Shown in pieces: positions 1 through 60,003 of a stretch of 64,000 nt of DNA. Under the pieces are notes generated by a model that was not told the origin of the DNA, did not search any database, and worked only from the letters and a program-made list of their open reading frames with translations. Numbering within the stretch: the first letter of the stretch is position 1; each line of letters starts with the position of its first letter. The position numbers were made by a program, and so were the translations under genes. Origin of the DNA: Eledone cirrhosa (lineage: Eukaryota); assembly GCA_964016885.1 (NCBI GenBank), contig OZ024740.1, forward strand, positions 286,378,001 to 286,442,000, read 5' to 3'.

Positions 1-1458
1 AATCATAGGCTATCTAAAATCACAAGAGTAAAACATTCTATAGTCTTATAGTTAATTTTTCTGTCTCACTACTTCAACATAAATATGTTTGTAATAATAA
101 CATATATAGTAGTATATCTTGTAAGGAAAGGGCCCACTTCTATTTTGACTAGCCATGGGTTATACATACTTTCATGACCGACTGACCATGGGTTTTCCTC
201 TGAGGCACAGGCCTGTATGCTATGTATGTGGAAGACCAGCAGTTACCAATGCATGTAAGTCTCCCTTTCCATGACTTTGATGGACTGGAGCAGCATGAAA
301 TAAAGTGACTGACTCAAGGTCTGGGATTTGAACTCATGACTGCAGCACTCTAATCACTAAGCCTCACCTTCACTAAGGGTATATTCTGTCCAAAGAACAA
401 TAATTACAGGGACATTTTAAAGATTCACATTTAATGATTTCTAATATTGGCACAACACTGCAAATATTTTGATGGGTAGGATCCAATCGATTAGAACAAC
501 TTCATTACTTACTTATCAAGTACTTATTTATCAATCTCAGAGGGGAGACAAATAAAATTGGTTTCAGCAAGATTTGAATAAAAACATAAAGGTTTGCAAG
601 TAAATACCACCAGATATTTTGCCTAATGCTCAACCAATTCTGTCAATCATGTTTCAATAATTTCTAGTAGCAAATGCCATATACGTTCATAGTGGGACCT
701 GTCTGTTACTTAGTTTTGATTTCTGACCAGTCATTTGACTTCAATTATGTTACAATTACTTTGGAAATAGACATTAACTGTACACAATAGCATTGCTATA
801 CTTTATGTAATTTTTGAGAACTGACATGATAAAATGCACCCAGTACACCCTGTAGAGTGGTTTGTGAAAAGAAGGGTGTTCAACTACAGAAAACAAACAA
901 AGGACTAAGAGGACTTGTTTCAAAGACATGACAACTTCCCTAGTGCTGATGTCACAATCGAATGCACTTGAGACTCTGCAGTGTTGCAATGTATGTGATA
1001 TATTGTATATTATAATTGCTGTATGTAAAATGAAGGTGCACCTTATCTACCAGTGTGATTTATACACAAATACATTCAATATACTTTTACTTGTTGGTAG
1101 AATTTTAGGGGCTAACTTTTTTCCATAAATAAATAATTTCTTAAATAAGTAAAAAATGTTAAAATTTGTATACTTTTAGTTATGGCCTACAGGCTAACAA
1201 GATACTGAAAACTTTTAGTTATACTTTAGTAATAGTTTAATTGGAATTTTAAAAGAGAAATAATGAAAAATATAAACATTTTCTTGTGAAATTTCTGACA
1301 ACAAAAATATTATGAATTTTGTTGTGTGAATTTTTTTGATATTTTTATGTGTTTGCTGTGTAATGTTTTCCTGTTTGCTAAAAAAAATTTTTGTTTACGT
1401 TTTCTTTCCAACTGGAATATTTTTATATCTATTTTAAAGATTAATGTTATTATTTCAG

Positions 1459-1473
1459 TTAATCCACTAAAAG
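1459..1473 (+). CDS. Candidate 15-nt phase 1-1 NCX microexon, (x)NPLK
   Basis: ttattatttcag|TTAATCCACTAAAAG|gtaata; open in phase 1, matching the 7976 and 11505 exons. Confidence 0.4.
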
Positions 1474-1899
1474 GTAATAATGTAGATATGTTTCTTTGGG
1501 ATCAGGGAAACTTCTTTTTAAAATAGAAAAATACCATAGCTGTAACATTTATTCCATGTGTTATTTTAGGGGATTAAATTATAGTATTAAATATATTTTG
1601 TAATTTTTCTTTTAGCCAGTTAGATGATGTTAATGGTGATAATAGAAAATATTTTTGTCTTGTTTTTTATGTCTGCAGCTCTTACTATTTTCAATACTCT
1701 AAGAATGATGCCAACGTACTATTGAATAGTTTGAGATAATGAAGCCCATCAGAAAATAATTTAGTTTTACAGAATAACTTTTTAAAATGTATTATTTTTC
1801 TCTTTGACTGTTAAATTTAAATAATAAACAAGGAGAAAAAACAATGATTGTCAAATTAAGAAAATAAGTGAAAGGAAAGGGCCTGCACACTGAGTCACA

Positions 1900-2075
1900 T
1901 ACTATAAGTGGCACTGGAACCTCCCTCTCATAATTGTTGAAGCAAGCCAATGCACTTGCAGCGTTGCCACGAGTGATAGGAAGGCTAAGGTACAGAAATA
2001 ACCAAACACCTTCGCAGGCATCACCTGGTACTTCAGTAAGGTGAGCCCCCAACGATGACAAAAACTTCATTGTCA
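1900..2075 (-). mobile_element. 3' fragment of a CRE-like non-LTR retrotransposon (RLE C-terminus)
   Basis: ORF 1792..2070 contains FLSSLGAHL...GDACEGVWLFLYLSLPITRGNAASALA, resembling the QRLSxAxxRGNA C-terminal motif of CRE-clade elements. Confidence 0.5.
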
Positions 2076-2391
2076 GAGTGGCTCAGTTACCCCAAACATT
2101 TCGAAAGTCACTGGCTTCAAAAAATACTTTTTAAATGAAAATATTGAAGTTCACATGCCAATTTTCTTTTCTCTTATCATCATGGTCATTATCATACTTC
2201 TGTTTTCTATACAGACATAAGTTATGTAATATGGTAATGACTTAGTTACAGTGGTATATATTCTACTATTGTTAGTTCTACACTGTCCATCTGTTAAACA
2301 GCCTTTATACTATTTATAACTATAGTAGACTGTTATGTAAATATTTATAGCATTCAATTAATAAAATAATGTACAAGATTATTTTATAATA

Positions 2392-2878
2392 ATTGTTTCT
2401 ACTTTAGGCACAAGGCCAGCAATTACCCAGTACATTACTGGTACTTTATTTTATCGACCCCGTAAGGATGAAAGGCAAAATTAACCTCGGCGGTTGTACT
2501 CTGGGACATCTTTTGCTTGATTTTATACTGTTATTGAATAGTTTGGGCTGTACAGCAGTAAAATAGATTAGACTTTAGTGTGGTATGTATTTTTTAATAA
2601 TTCATATACAGTGATATGTTTTCTAAGATTTTAGGGATATTCTGAGGAATTTCTATCTCAATTGTGTTGTTTGGTTAGTGGATTGGAAGTATCGGTAGAG
2701 CATCAGACATGTTTTATAGCATAGTTACATTCTGAATTCAAATCCAACCAAGATTAGCTTTGCTATTCATCCTTATGGGGTTGATAAAATAAAGTACCAG
2801 TAATACTCTGGAGTCGATTTAATTGTTTTCCCCTCCCCCACAATTGTTGGCCTTGTGCCTAAATCAGAGATTATTATT
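2392..2878. mobile_element. Two tRNA-derived SINE copies (family B; 2392-2495 minus, 2675-2878 plus)
   Basis: Shared core gcctttcatccttacggggtcgataaaataaagtaccag and tail ggccttgtgcctaaagtagaaacaattat, recurring across the window. Confidence 0.75.
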
Positions 2879-4943
2879 TTCAGTTAGGAAGGATGAAAAC
2901 CTCCAGTAGTAAATCTTTAAATAATTTTAAATAATTTTTTATAAAAAGAACAGTTTTAGGTGAAATGGATACTATAAAATAACTCCAAATGTTAAAGGAA
3001 TTAGAATGAGTAAACAAAACAACTAAGAAAATTATGTGATATAACTTGGTTTTGTGGTATTGGGAATGGCTTTAGGATCAAATTCATTAACTGCATGTTT
3101 AAATGTATATACTAATTCCTAATCTGTAATGAAGCATGATTTTCAGAGGTTGGTGACAAAGTGATCCATTGATTATATTTTTTATTCTGGTCCTTTGAAA
3201 TTACTAATGTTTGCATGTATGTTACTGATGCATATCTACAAATAGCATTTTTTATCTTCAACTTTCAAAAATGGTTTTGTATTTGAAAAATTGTTCTACG
3301 TGATGATAAAATTGACAGATTTCATTTAAATAAAAATATAACTATAATCCTGTTATTAAAGTTAACATTTGTAAACTTTACAATCAATTGTTGTTGAAAA
3401 AAAAATGTAAAATCTAATACTGAAGTTATTTTTTTTTTTTTTATGCAAACCTACCTTAGACCAGCTCTGGTTCTGTGGTACAAGCCCATTTTAAAGCATT
3501 TATATTTAAATTCAAATGTTGAATTAAAATTTTATGTTTGAACCTTTTGATTTATGTTCCAATCACTATCTTAATAATTATAAAGATATATTTCTTTATT
3601 TATTATAAAGATAGATATTTTATTAAATCTCTTCTAATACTTGATTAATTTAAAAATTGTTACACAGACAATGTGTTACATTAGAAATATGGTAATAAAG
3701 TGGCTAGGTATCCTTTGTACCTGTCTAGCACAAAGATCAGTTCCTGCTTTGAAAATGTATACAATATTGAGCTTTGAGAGAGAAAGAGAGAGAATTTATT
3801 TTCAGCTCAATAGATAAAAGTTGTCACATCAAAAGTTTAAATAGATTATTTCAAAGAGATATTTGATAGATTAGATTACTGAATATCAAGTATGGTCAAA
3901 TTGTTGAAGTTTGCTTCACAATCATGAAGTCCTAGATTTGATCCCACTACATGGCATCTTGGGCAAGTATTTTTTAACATAGTTTCAGTGTGACCTAAGT
4001 CATGCAAGTGAAATTGAGTAGATGGAAACTGTGCATAAACCTATAATTCCAATGCCAAACTTTGTTACATACTGTATCATGCTGATTTGGCCTGAGAATT
4101 ACAATAGGAGTACAAGTGTCTATAGAATATACAGTCAAACTTTCATGTTAATTTAATGAGTAGACAGTTCAGTGGATTGAATAAGTGAATGTTCATTTCA
4201 AAACTGATGGTGAGTCTGTGCTGCTTATTACTACAAAAAACATGTTTAAACAATCTTTGCCATTATAAATCATACCAGTTAAAGCAGTATTTCAGGATGT
4301 ATATCTTTCAGACTTCTTGTAATCTAATTGGATCAGTCAAATGTGATCTGTAATGAATAATATTTATCTATGAGAACATTTTGGTATAAATTTAAAGAAC
4401 AATAAAAATAATTTATACCAGTATCCAAACCTGAAATCTGCTTTAACCCTTTTGTTATCAAACCACTTAAAACTGACCTATGTTCTTTGATTAAAAAAAA
4501 AGAATATGTCTAGCAGTTTAAAGATATAATGTTGTTTGCTAGATATAGTAACCAAATCTCACTCAAATAATAATGTACTCTTATGAAAAAAAACTTTTTT
4601 AAAAGACGATGGATAATGTAGTCTTTGATGTGCTATGCCAGGGTAAAAAATGGCTGGCCACAGTTGGACTGTCTTTGATCATAGGTCAGATTAATCATAG
4701 CTGTTTACTTTGGTAAAGCAGTGGTTAGCTTTGTGGACGCCATGATAAGCTTCATGCTCACTATGGGTCCTTCCTGGGGCAATGTTTTACATCCAGATTC
4801 CATTCCTGACATCAACACTTTTACTTTCCTCTTATGATATGCATCGATATGGTGCACCTATTCTCTATAGGATACGCACAATATTTTATATTTTACTTAA
4901 TAGAATTAGAATTTAGCTTCGAACATAGCTGTGTACAAATATG

Positions 4944-5334
4944 TATTTGAATTTCGTATTTCCAAAGGAATATGGTATGTTTATAAATAAACATTTAGAA
5001 AGCCTTAGCTATGAATGACACACCGGCAGCTAATGCCACCAGGTGTTGAGCCAACTTATACAGCTTCATATTCAAATGATATTAAGCACCTCATTTACAC
5101 AGATGAAAAAAACTATATATGTTTGCCTGTTTTCAAAGTCCGGCAATTGCAAGAGCAGGACAGATCATTCTGACGAGAACCAGTTGAGTTCGAAATGCAT
5201 CGACGATTGTTCCCCTTGCTTCTGCCGGGCACTGCCTGGTGGCATTAGCTGCCAGTGTGTTATTCATAGCTATGGCTTTCTAAATGTTTATTTATAAACA
5301 TACCGTATTTCTTTAGAAATATGAAATTCAAATA
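4944..5334. mobile_element. Foldback/MITE with ~100-bp terminal inverted repeats
   Basis: 4944-5043 is a near-exact reverse complement of 5235-5334. Confidence 0.75.
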
Positions 5335-6762
5335 GATTTTACTTAAGATTTTTATATGTTTGCTTTTTCAGATTTGTTTATAAAATATTAAGTCATCTGT
5401 TGGCTGTATTTTTGTGTAATTATTTAGAGTAAGGAATGAATCCTTAATAGTCAATTTGGTCATTATGATATGTATTCAAGTTGAGGCAGTATATTTTTTG
5501 TTATTTAGATAGAAGGTAACATACTAAGTGCACATTAATGGTTTGTGTTTTTTAATAATAAACAAATCAAAAAAACTTTGGAGTAGAACATATTCTTAAT
5601 AATTTCAGCAAATATTAACCAGCATTTTTAACTCTCAACATCCTTAATCATTTAGCAGAAATGTCAAATATGAGCAAGATGATGTCTCTCTGACACCTCA
5701 CATCTCAGATTTTGACAGCCCATCAAACTCATGTCAGCATAGAAAGCAGATGTAAAATGATAATGCTGGTGATATAAAAATGGGTTTGTTAATTGAAATT
5801 TTTATAGTGTCTTTACTTATGAACAAATTGTTAAAATTTACATGAAATTACCTTAACAAGACTTTTTTGAAAAGTCTCAAGCAGACTGCATCACATGAAA
5901 AATGAGTCTTTACTTGAATGCTGCAAATTTTCATAACAACCTGTCCACTTGTAAAGATACTATAAACATTTAAATTAACAAGAGTTTTTAGTTATTTTCT
6001 GCTAAATCATTACAAGATGTTTAGTTAAACATGAAACCTATATATATATATTTCATAATAAATTTTAGTTACATTGTCAGGATTTTAAAGTGTTATTCAG
6101 TAAATATTAAGCAATAAAATTATTGATAATTTCTAATGTTGATAGTTAAAGATTTTCAATTTACAGTTATATAAAGGACAAGTACAAGATAATTTTTTCT
6201 TGAATGATATATTTGAGTTTTTAGAAGTGAATGAAGCCTTGCTTAATTCTTAATGGTGGGTTTTCTAATCTTCAGTGGTCTGTCTATCTCTTCTGGCATT
6301 TTTCTCACAAATTATCTCCACCTACTGCCTCTTTCTAGTTGCTTCTTCTTTCAATTATTTTCTCTTCATTTGTAGGAAAATAATTTTTCTTTTTCCTTTA
6401 TCTTTTCTATAACTGTTAATCAATAAGAATTGCATTGATTGTCATCCTAAGCTCTTGTTCCACTATATTCTTCTTTACATATTTACCTTTCATACTTTTG
6501 GGTTTGATAAATAAAGTACCAATGCTGGACAATGGATTGGCAGTATTAAAGCATTATACTTTGTGGTATTTGTTCTAGCTATTTGTGTTCTGAGTTCAAA
6601 TTCTACTTTGGACCCCTTGGGTAGAAGACTTAATCTGTTACCTTAAACACATCAGCTGATCTTTGGGGGATTTTAACAGAGCCCACTCTGTCAAAATCCC
6701 CCTGTTTGAGGATACCTTCCTCTCACCCACCAGTCTCAGAAGGCCCTGAAACTTTATTAAAC

Positions 6763-7224
6763 CAGTAGACCCCAACCACTGGGTCATGGACCATTTGGTT
6801 CTAGATCACACAGAAAGAACACACTTTTTTTTTTCCATTTTATTGACTATTGAGGTCTATCGGATGTTTTATTTTGAAAATGACCTTCCGTTTGTGCCTC
6901 TTTTCCACACTTGTTGCAGTTGCATTTTTTTCTATGCACACAAGCCAACATGAGTGAAAATGAGTAGAAAACAAACCTTCCTGGAGAGCTTTGAAAAAGG
7001 GAAAAGATGGAACTGTCTAGTTGCAGGCAAACAAGCTCAGGGCTCCCACTAATTCTGCATTATGTTGGGTTGAGTCATATTTACAGTGTAGATGTAATAA
7101 TTAAATAATAAAATTATATAATTTGCACTTTGCTTTTGAACCACACTGACCCTCTTGGTCCTTGGAGAAATTGTCTTGCATGACCCCAGAACCAGTCCAT
7201 GGCACAAAAAGGTTGGTGACCACT
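6763..7224. mobile_element. Degenerate hAT-like non-autonomous element
   Basis: Ends cagtagaccccaacc...ggttggtgaccact resemble CAGTGGTCCCCAACC-type TIRs. Confidence 0.45.
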
Positions 7225-7291
7225 CCATTAAATGATGATGATGAACCAAATATTCCTTTTTCTTTTCATTCCATTTTATATTTTCTCTTAT

Positions 7292-7327
<36 letters not shown>

Positions 7328-7975
7328 GATTTCTTCAACCTTGTCTTCCCCCTTACATTTTTTCTATTTCTCCTGGACTGAACAATTTGTTTTGTAACAT
7401 GACCATTCTTATCTATCAAGCTATTTTAAGATAAATACAATGTTACATCCTTGATGGGACAAGAGCAGGGGTGCAACAAACACCTACCTCCTCTTATAAT
7501 TTGTTTACATTTTTCTCCAAATCACTACATGTAAATACTATTTTATTTTAACCCTTATATCATTGCCAGTCCATCATATTGGACTTTATAATGTAGCCAA
7601 AAACACTATACTATCTGCTGAAAAATTTAATACACTTTCTATGGCTTTTGATAATAAACCTCCTTATAACTGCTTCTTAGTTCAGATGAAATACTTGAAT
7701 AAATTAATCTCATTTTAAATAAATTATTCTTTGAAACCTCTAAATAATTGCATTTACTTAACTCATTTCTAAAGATCACCCTATGCATAAATTTACTGTT
7801 AATACCCTTTTTCAGTTGTTCTGGTAGTCATCTAAACTTCACCAAAATTAACATGCATATCTTGTAGATATAGAATGGATTAATAATTGCTTGTTCTCTA
7901 ACCATTTTTGCTTCTTTCTGTATCTGACTATTTCTTCTTTTTTTCTTTTTTTTTTATAAAATTTTATTGGTTCAG

Positions 7976-7990
7976 ATAAAGAGCTTGGAG
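7976..7990 (+). CDS. Candidate 15-nt phase 1-1 NCX microexon, (D)KELG
   Basis: ctgac branch-like motif and long poly-T tract; ttcag|ATAAAGAGCTTGGAG|gtaagc; joins 11505 in frame (G|GA ACA AAG). Confidence 0.7.
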
Positions 7991-8907
7991 GTAAGCATTT
8001 TGCTTCTATCTTTCTAGTCAATAAAGATGCTCTATTTTTAACTTATACTATTTTATAATTGTAACAAATATATAAATACCACTGTTTTACAAAGCTTTTA
8101 CAAAGAAAACCATAATTATGCACAGCTGGCATGCTTTTTCAACTTATGCTTACCTGCTTTAAACATGCACATGTGAATGTGTGCTTGAGTGTGTGTTAGA
8201 CTGAAAAGGAAGGACAGAAATTGTCTTTATTTCAAAATTTATGTTGTGTAAAAATATAGTTCTTGCATACATAAGTAATTATTACTATATGTGTGTGTGA
8301 AAGAGAGAAAGAAACCTTTTAACGAATTTTGGATATTGGTTGTCAGCTACTTAATTTCAGTATGGTGTGGACAAAATTCTTAAAAATGTATTTATTTGCT
8401 CAAGTACAATGACAAGCTATAATGGACTGTTTTGAGACTAAAACGACTATCATTGATAAAATCAGTTTTTGTCTGATATTGTTTTACATGCCTTTATTTT
8501 TCCAAAGAATAAGGCTTACAGCTCTTACAACCTTTCTTAGGGGAAAAAAGGCTAGGTATATCATACAATAAAAGTCTAAATAACACTAGAATATTTTACT
8601 TTTGCACCAAACATCTAAATTTCTCAAAATGACATGATTTATCTCTGAACCTTCTTACTAGTATTTGTGATGTATTTGTGACTAAGGCTTTCTCTTTGTT
8701 ACACTACAAAGAGCAATATCATCATCACTATTTTATGTGTTTTCCTTGCTGGCATGGCTTGAGTGATACTAGTACTTATTTTTCAAACTCAAATATGATG
8801 AAAAACAAACAGGTTACCACAAACTACTTATCAAGAAAGATCACTTCTGGATATTTACTGTCCTTTTATATATAATAATAATAATGATGATGATGATGAT
8901 AATAATA

Positions 8908-9050
8908 ATAATTGTTTCTACTTTTGGCACAAGGCCAGCAATTACCCAGTGTATTACTGGTACTTTATTTTATCGACCCCGTAAGGATGAAAGGCAAAGT
9001 TATCCTAGACAGGATTTGAACTCAGATCATAAAGGGGCGTGACTCTATGC
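8908..9050 (-). mobile_element. SINE family B copy
   Basis: Reverse complement of the SINE B core and tail. Confidence 0.75.
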
Positions 9051-9171
9051 TACAAAGATAATAATAATGATAATAATATATAATGTGGAAAGTGATATAA
9101 TAATGGATGATAGCATGTATTTCCACAGAAAAAGGTTTGACTTATACATGAGTATATATATATATATATAT

Positions 9172-10236
9172 ATGATGGCTGCAAACTCGTGTTGGAACAT
9201 TGCCATCGCCTGATAAAATGCTCAAAAATATGAGGCACGAATTTGGCTCTTTACCAGCCAAATACTTGCACCCTCTGGCACATATATGGCAACTGTAGGT
9301 TTCTCCGGGACTTTCCAATGCTTTGTTCTGGCTGTGTGTTCTCATGTGTCTTTTGAGACCTCCCATGTTAGCACATTCCTTGCCACATTCCTTACACCTT
9401 TTCAGATCATAATCTACATAAGGTCTACTGATATGACTTTGTTCGTGTCTAGTCAAATCTGCTTTACTCAGGCAGACTCGACCACAGTGCTTGCAAACCA
9501 GATGATGTTCAACAGCAGGCAGTTCAGAACAGTTCCTTTTCCCCACCTTCCTTTTCAGTGTAAGGTGTTCTCTCCAACAAGTTTCAAAGTGTTCACTACC
9601 TGACTTGATCAAATGTCTCCACTTCACTCGCTCCTCAGCCATTTTCTCTCATTCTTCAGATGAAATTCCAACACAAGCCAAGGTGCCCCTGACACAGTCT
9701 CGGTTCCGCATTTTTGGTTTGTGTGGCGGTCGCCTTCCTTCACACAGTTTCTCTGTAGAGAAGTTGCTTTGGAATGCCTCTTTCCGTACATGTACACACT
9801 TGGTGTAGTGTACTCTTTTCTAGGTGCTGGCTGATACATCACAACAATCTTTTCCAAGCTTATTACGAGGCCCAAAGCGCTGCAAGCTTCAGAAAAAATG
9901 TTCATAATATGCTGCATGTCATTCTGTGAGTGTGCAAAAAGATCGCAGTCATCTGCATACAAAAGCTCTCAGATTATAGATGTTAATACCTTTGTGCTTG
10001 CACCAAAGTGCCTGATGTTGAACAACCTTCCTGAAGAGCGATACCTGATGTAGACCCCATGTGAACAATTCTTCCTGAATAACATGAAAAACACTATCGT
10101 AAAATATAGGGAAAACAGAGTTGGTGCCGGAATGTCCCCCTGCTTACTCCATTTTCAACTGATATTGGTTCAGAGATGCTACCACCAATATTGACCCAAG
10201 CCTTCATGTCATCATGAAAAAGACGCAAAATCTTCA
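9172..10236 (-). mobile_element. Degenerate RTE/BovB-like LINE 3' fragment (RT YADD plus C-terminal C2H2 fingers)
   Basis: ORFs show LFHDDMKAWV...SEPISVENGV, YADDCDLFAHS, and CxxC..HxxxH repeats; flanked by TA microsatellites. Confidence 0.8.
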
Positions 10237-10258
10237 CATATATATATATATACATACA

Positions 10259-10290
<32 letters not shown>

Positions 10291-11504
10291 CATACACACA
10301 TACATACATGTGTATATGTCACACCTTTTTCTGTAATACCATATATATATACATACACACATACATACATGTGTATATGTCACACCTTTTTCTGTGAAAA
10401 TTCATGAAAATCCAGAATGTGACTTACCTACAAAACCTTCAAATTATATGGCACACTGTATTTATACATGTGACCCATCCATGAAATATGGTATTTAGTA
10501 CAAGTAAATTTATAAATAAGCAGAGTAAGCAATTTATTTTATTTATTTTTTTTTTTTACTAATTTTCATTGATACCTAGGAATATATTTCTCTGATGTAA
10601 TTATCCTTTTTATCTATTTCTTTGTTTAAATTATTCTGAAATTCGTAAGATTTGGTGATGGGTAGTAATATTGGGCTTTCCTTAGCTTACCTAACTTGAA
10701 AATTAAATATTACCATAAACAGTGTTTTAGTTTAGTTTACTTTTTAAGAACCAAGAAATATCTATATCAACCATTACATCTGGTTTCTATGTTCCTTTTG
10801 AACAGAAGATAAGACATATTAAGATGTAATTTTTTGCAGATTTAATACATTTTGATGGTTTTCTGGATGACTATTGCCAGAAAGGAAAATTGTTTTAGAA
10901 TTTTCTAATGTTTGTATTTATCATTTATAAAATCATTTTTAGGTTGCTCAATATTCAGAACCACTACCATGTAAATGTCACTTGTTTACAATTTTCGTCA
11001 GTTGTCTTCTAAATTTTTGTTGCTGCAAATATTTCTAAATAGTTTTGTTGTTGTTTGACACTGCAAGATATTGATGTGTTGCAAGTTTCAACACAATGTT
11101 CACTATTTTTAAATGGAAAATAACTTTTCTCCTATAAACTTTATTTAGATATTCTAAGAACTCCAAAGAAACGGAAAAATTGCTTATTTGAAACAACTCT
11201 TTCTTATGAAATTTTGCTAGTTTTTAAATCCTAAAGTAACTATTCTTTATATACCTTTGTATTTCTGTAAATGATAGGAATATGTATATATTCTGGAGAC
11301 TTAATTGTTTAAACTATATTTAATGCTAACTACAAAGTAAAAATGGTGTGGTATTTAAGAGAAGCTTAAATATTGCCTAATCAAGAAATAAGAAAAACTG
11401 AAAATACTTGCCATTATACTCATATTCCTAATAACTAACCACATTATATAACATATAAAAGTTGATGACAAAACCAATTTGTTTTTATTTATTCATTATT
11501 TTAG

Positions 11505-58258
<46,754 letters not shown>

Positions 58259-58920
58259 AGCCAAACCCAGCAATAATTATTCTTTATTATGGCTATGTGA
58301 TGATCTTTGTTATTCTGGAGTTTCACCTGTGTATTCACAAGATCATCAGACCAGCTGTCTGAAGTCCACAGGTGAAATTCGACTCGTCGTTTAGCTTTAA
58401 TAAAATAAAATATTATTGAACTCTACTTCGGTATTGGGTGCTTATTCTCTTCTTACATCCGTCAACATCACACGGGGATATATATATATATAATTTGATT
58501 AAAAATTTTGGTAACTTCAAGTTAAGATCTGTTTAAGAAAAATATTTATAAAGAATAAAAATTAAAATATTAAAAATTATCCCTTCTTCATGTTTATTTT
58601 TTAATATGCATGAATGAAAAGCGACAAATTAAATGAATGAAAAATAAGTGTATGACTAAAATGAAATCAACTATTTGTTTAGATTGGGCTTACGTCATAA
58701 GATGTAAAAAGATAATCTGCAACACTTATAAAGCCTGAATTTTAAAATACTGATTAAATATATCATGAAAGACCAAAAATTTACTTCAGAAAAAAAAGTA
58801 AATTAAAGAAATAAAAAATAAAAAAAACTTCTTTAAAAATGTTTATTTATTGTTTTAGGAGTATTTATTTGGCAAACACATACATTTTTACAAAATGTAA
58901 ATAAATGTCACTTAATTTTT

Positions 58921-58975
<55 letters not shown>

Positions 58976-59152
58976 AAGTATATTTTCAGTCTTTCAAGTT
59001 TTTGATCTTGTAAGGTGTCGGTTTTAAACTTTTTTTTTATATTTTAAATTCTGGTCATAAGTGTTTGGGATTCTGTCATTTAGTGTTATGATCAGCAGGG
59101 TTGTATTATTTATAAGGCTGAGTATGCTGCAGTTCAAAGGCCATCATTTTAT

Positions 59153-59315
59153 ATACAAGTAAAATTCCGTTATAATGAATTTTTCAGTATAACCAACATT
59201 TTTTTCAATCCTTGACCACACCCTTGATGTTTTAGGTCAATCTCATTATAAAGAATTTTTCATTACAACAAATTTTTTTTATACCTCGTGAATTTCGTTA
59301 TAACAATTTCACTGT
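59153..59315. mobile_element. Small MITE-like element in the presumed 3'UTR
   Basis: aaattccgttataa at the left, mirrored by ttataacaatttcactg at the right; internal ttataa repeats. Confidence 0.4.
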
Positions 59316-59911
59316 GTGTATATACATTATAGGCACTGTTACCTACTATTACTATTGAGGTGACAGCCTATGGGCCTGGCCATGGATTAACATAGCATTT
59401 GATAATTCAGCACCTGTTTAGAATAAATTCCTAAAATATGAAAGGGGAAGTAAAGTAGGGCAAGGAAGATAAATTTTTAAAATTCTGATTCTTACATGGC
59501 TATTATTTTAAAATGGCCACTGAATTATCCCTATATACTTGAATCTGTTTTTTACAATTAATATTTTCTCATAAATTCAACAAAAACTAAACAAAAAAAA
59601 TTGAAAAGCAATAAAATTCATCAATTAAATCCTGCTACATAAATCTTATTCAAAGATATCTTTCTTTCTCATGTGTAAACTAAATGCCTTTAAATTTATA
59701 ATTTTTGCTTTGAAAAAAAAAAACAATTTTTTAAAGTGGTCTTTTTATACTAATCATTGCAAAGTTATCATTGTTATATTTCTTGAGAAATAAAATTGTT
59801 CATGAAATATGAAAATATGCTTATAAATCTTTCTTTTAAGGGTTTCTTGTGTTAAACTATTGACTTTATTTCAATGTAGCTTTGTTACTTAAATGTTGAT
59901 TTGTTGCTATA

Positions 59912-59917
59912 AATAAA
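59912..59917 (+). promoter_or_regulatory. Candidate polyadenylation signal of the NCX gene
   Basis: AATAAA with a T-tract ~22 nt downstream, just before LINE sequence; other AATAAA hexamers occur upstream. Confidence 0.3.
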
Positions 59918-60003
59918 ACTTTATACTTACAAAACATAGTTTTTTTTTATCAAAAAAAAAAAGAAAAAGTCTTTCTCATTATATTCTCACAATCCTCACC
60001 CAT

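Noticed and set aside
5509-5515. 3- or 7-nt microexon (tttagatag|aag|gtaaca)
   Set aside because: Too short and donor too weak to distinguish from chance
9142-9642. Host C2H2 zinc-finger gene
   Set aside because: Contiguous with LINE RT remnants and the LINE 3' end; frameshifted
10270-10395. ~60-bp tandem duplication
   Set aside because: Microsatellite-associated slippage at a LINE end; unremarkable
1-11504. N-terminal NCX exons (TM1-5, alpha-1, XIP)
   Set aside because: No alpha-1 (GSSAPE) or TM-coding segment recognised; presumed upstream of the window
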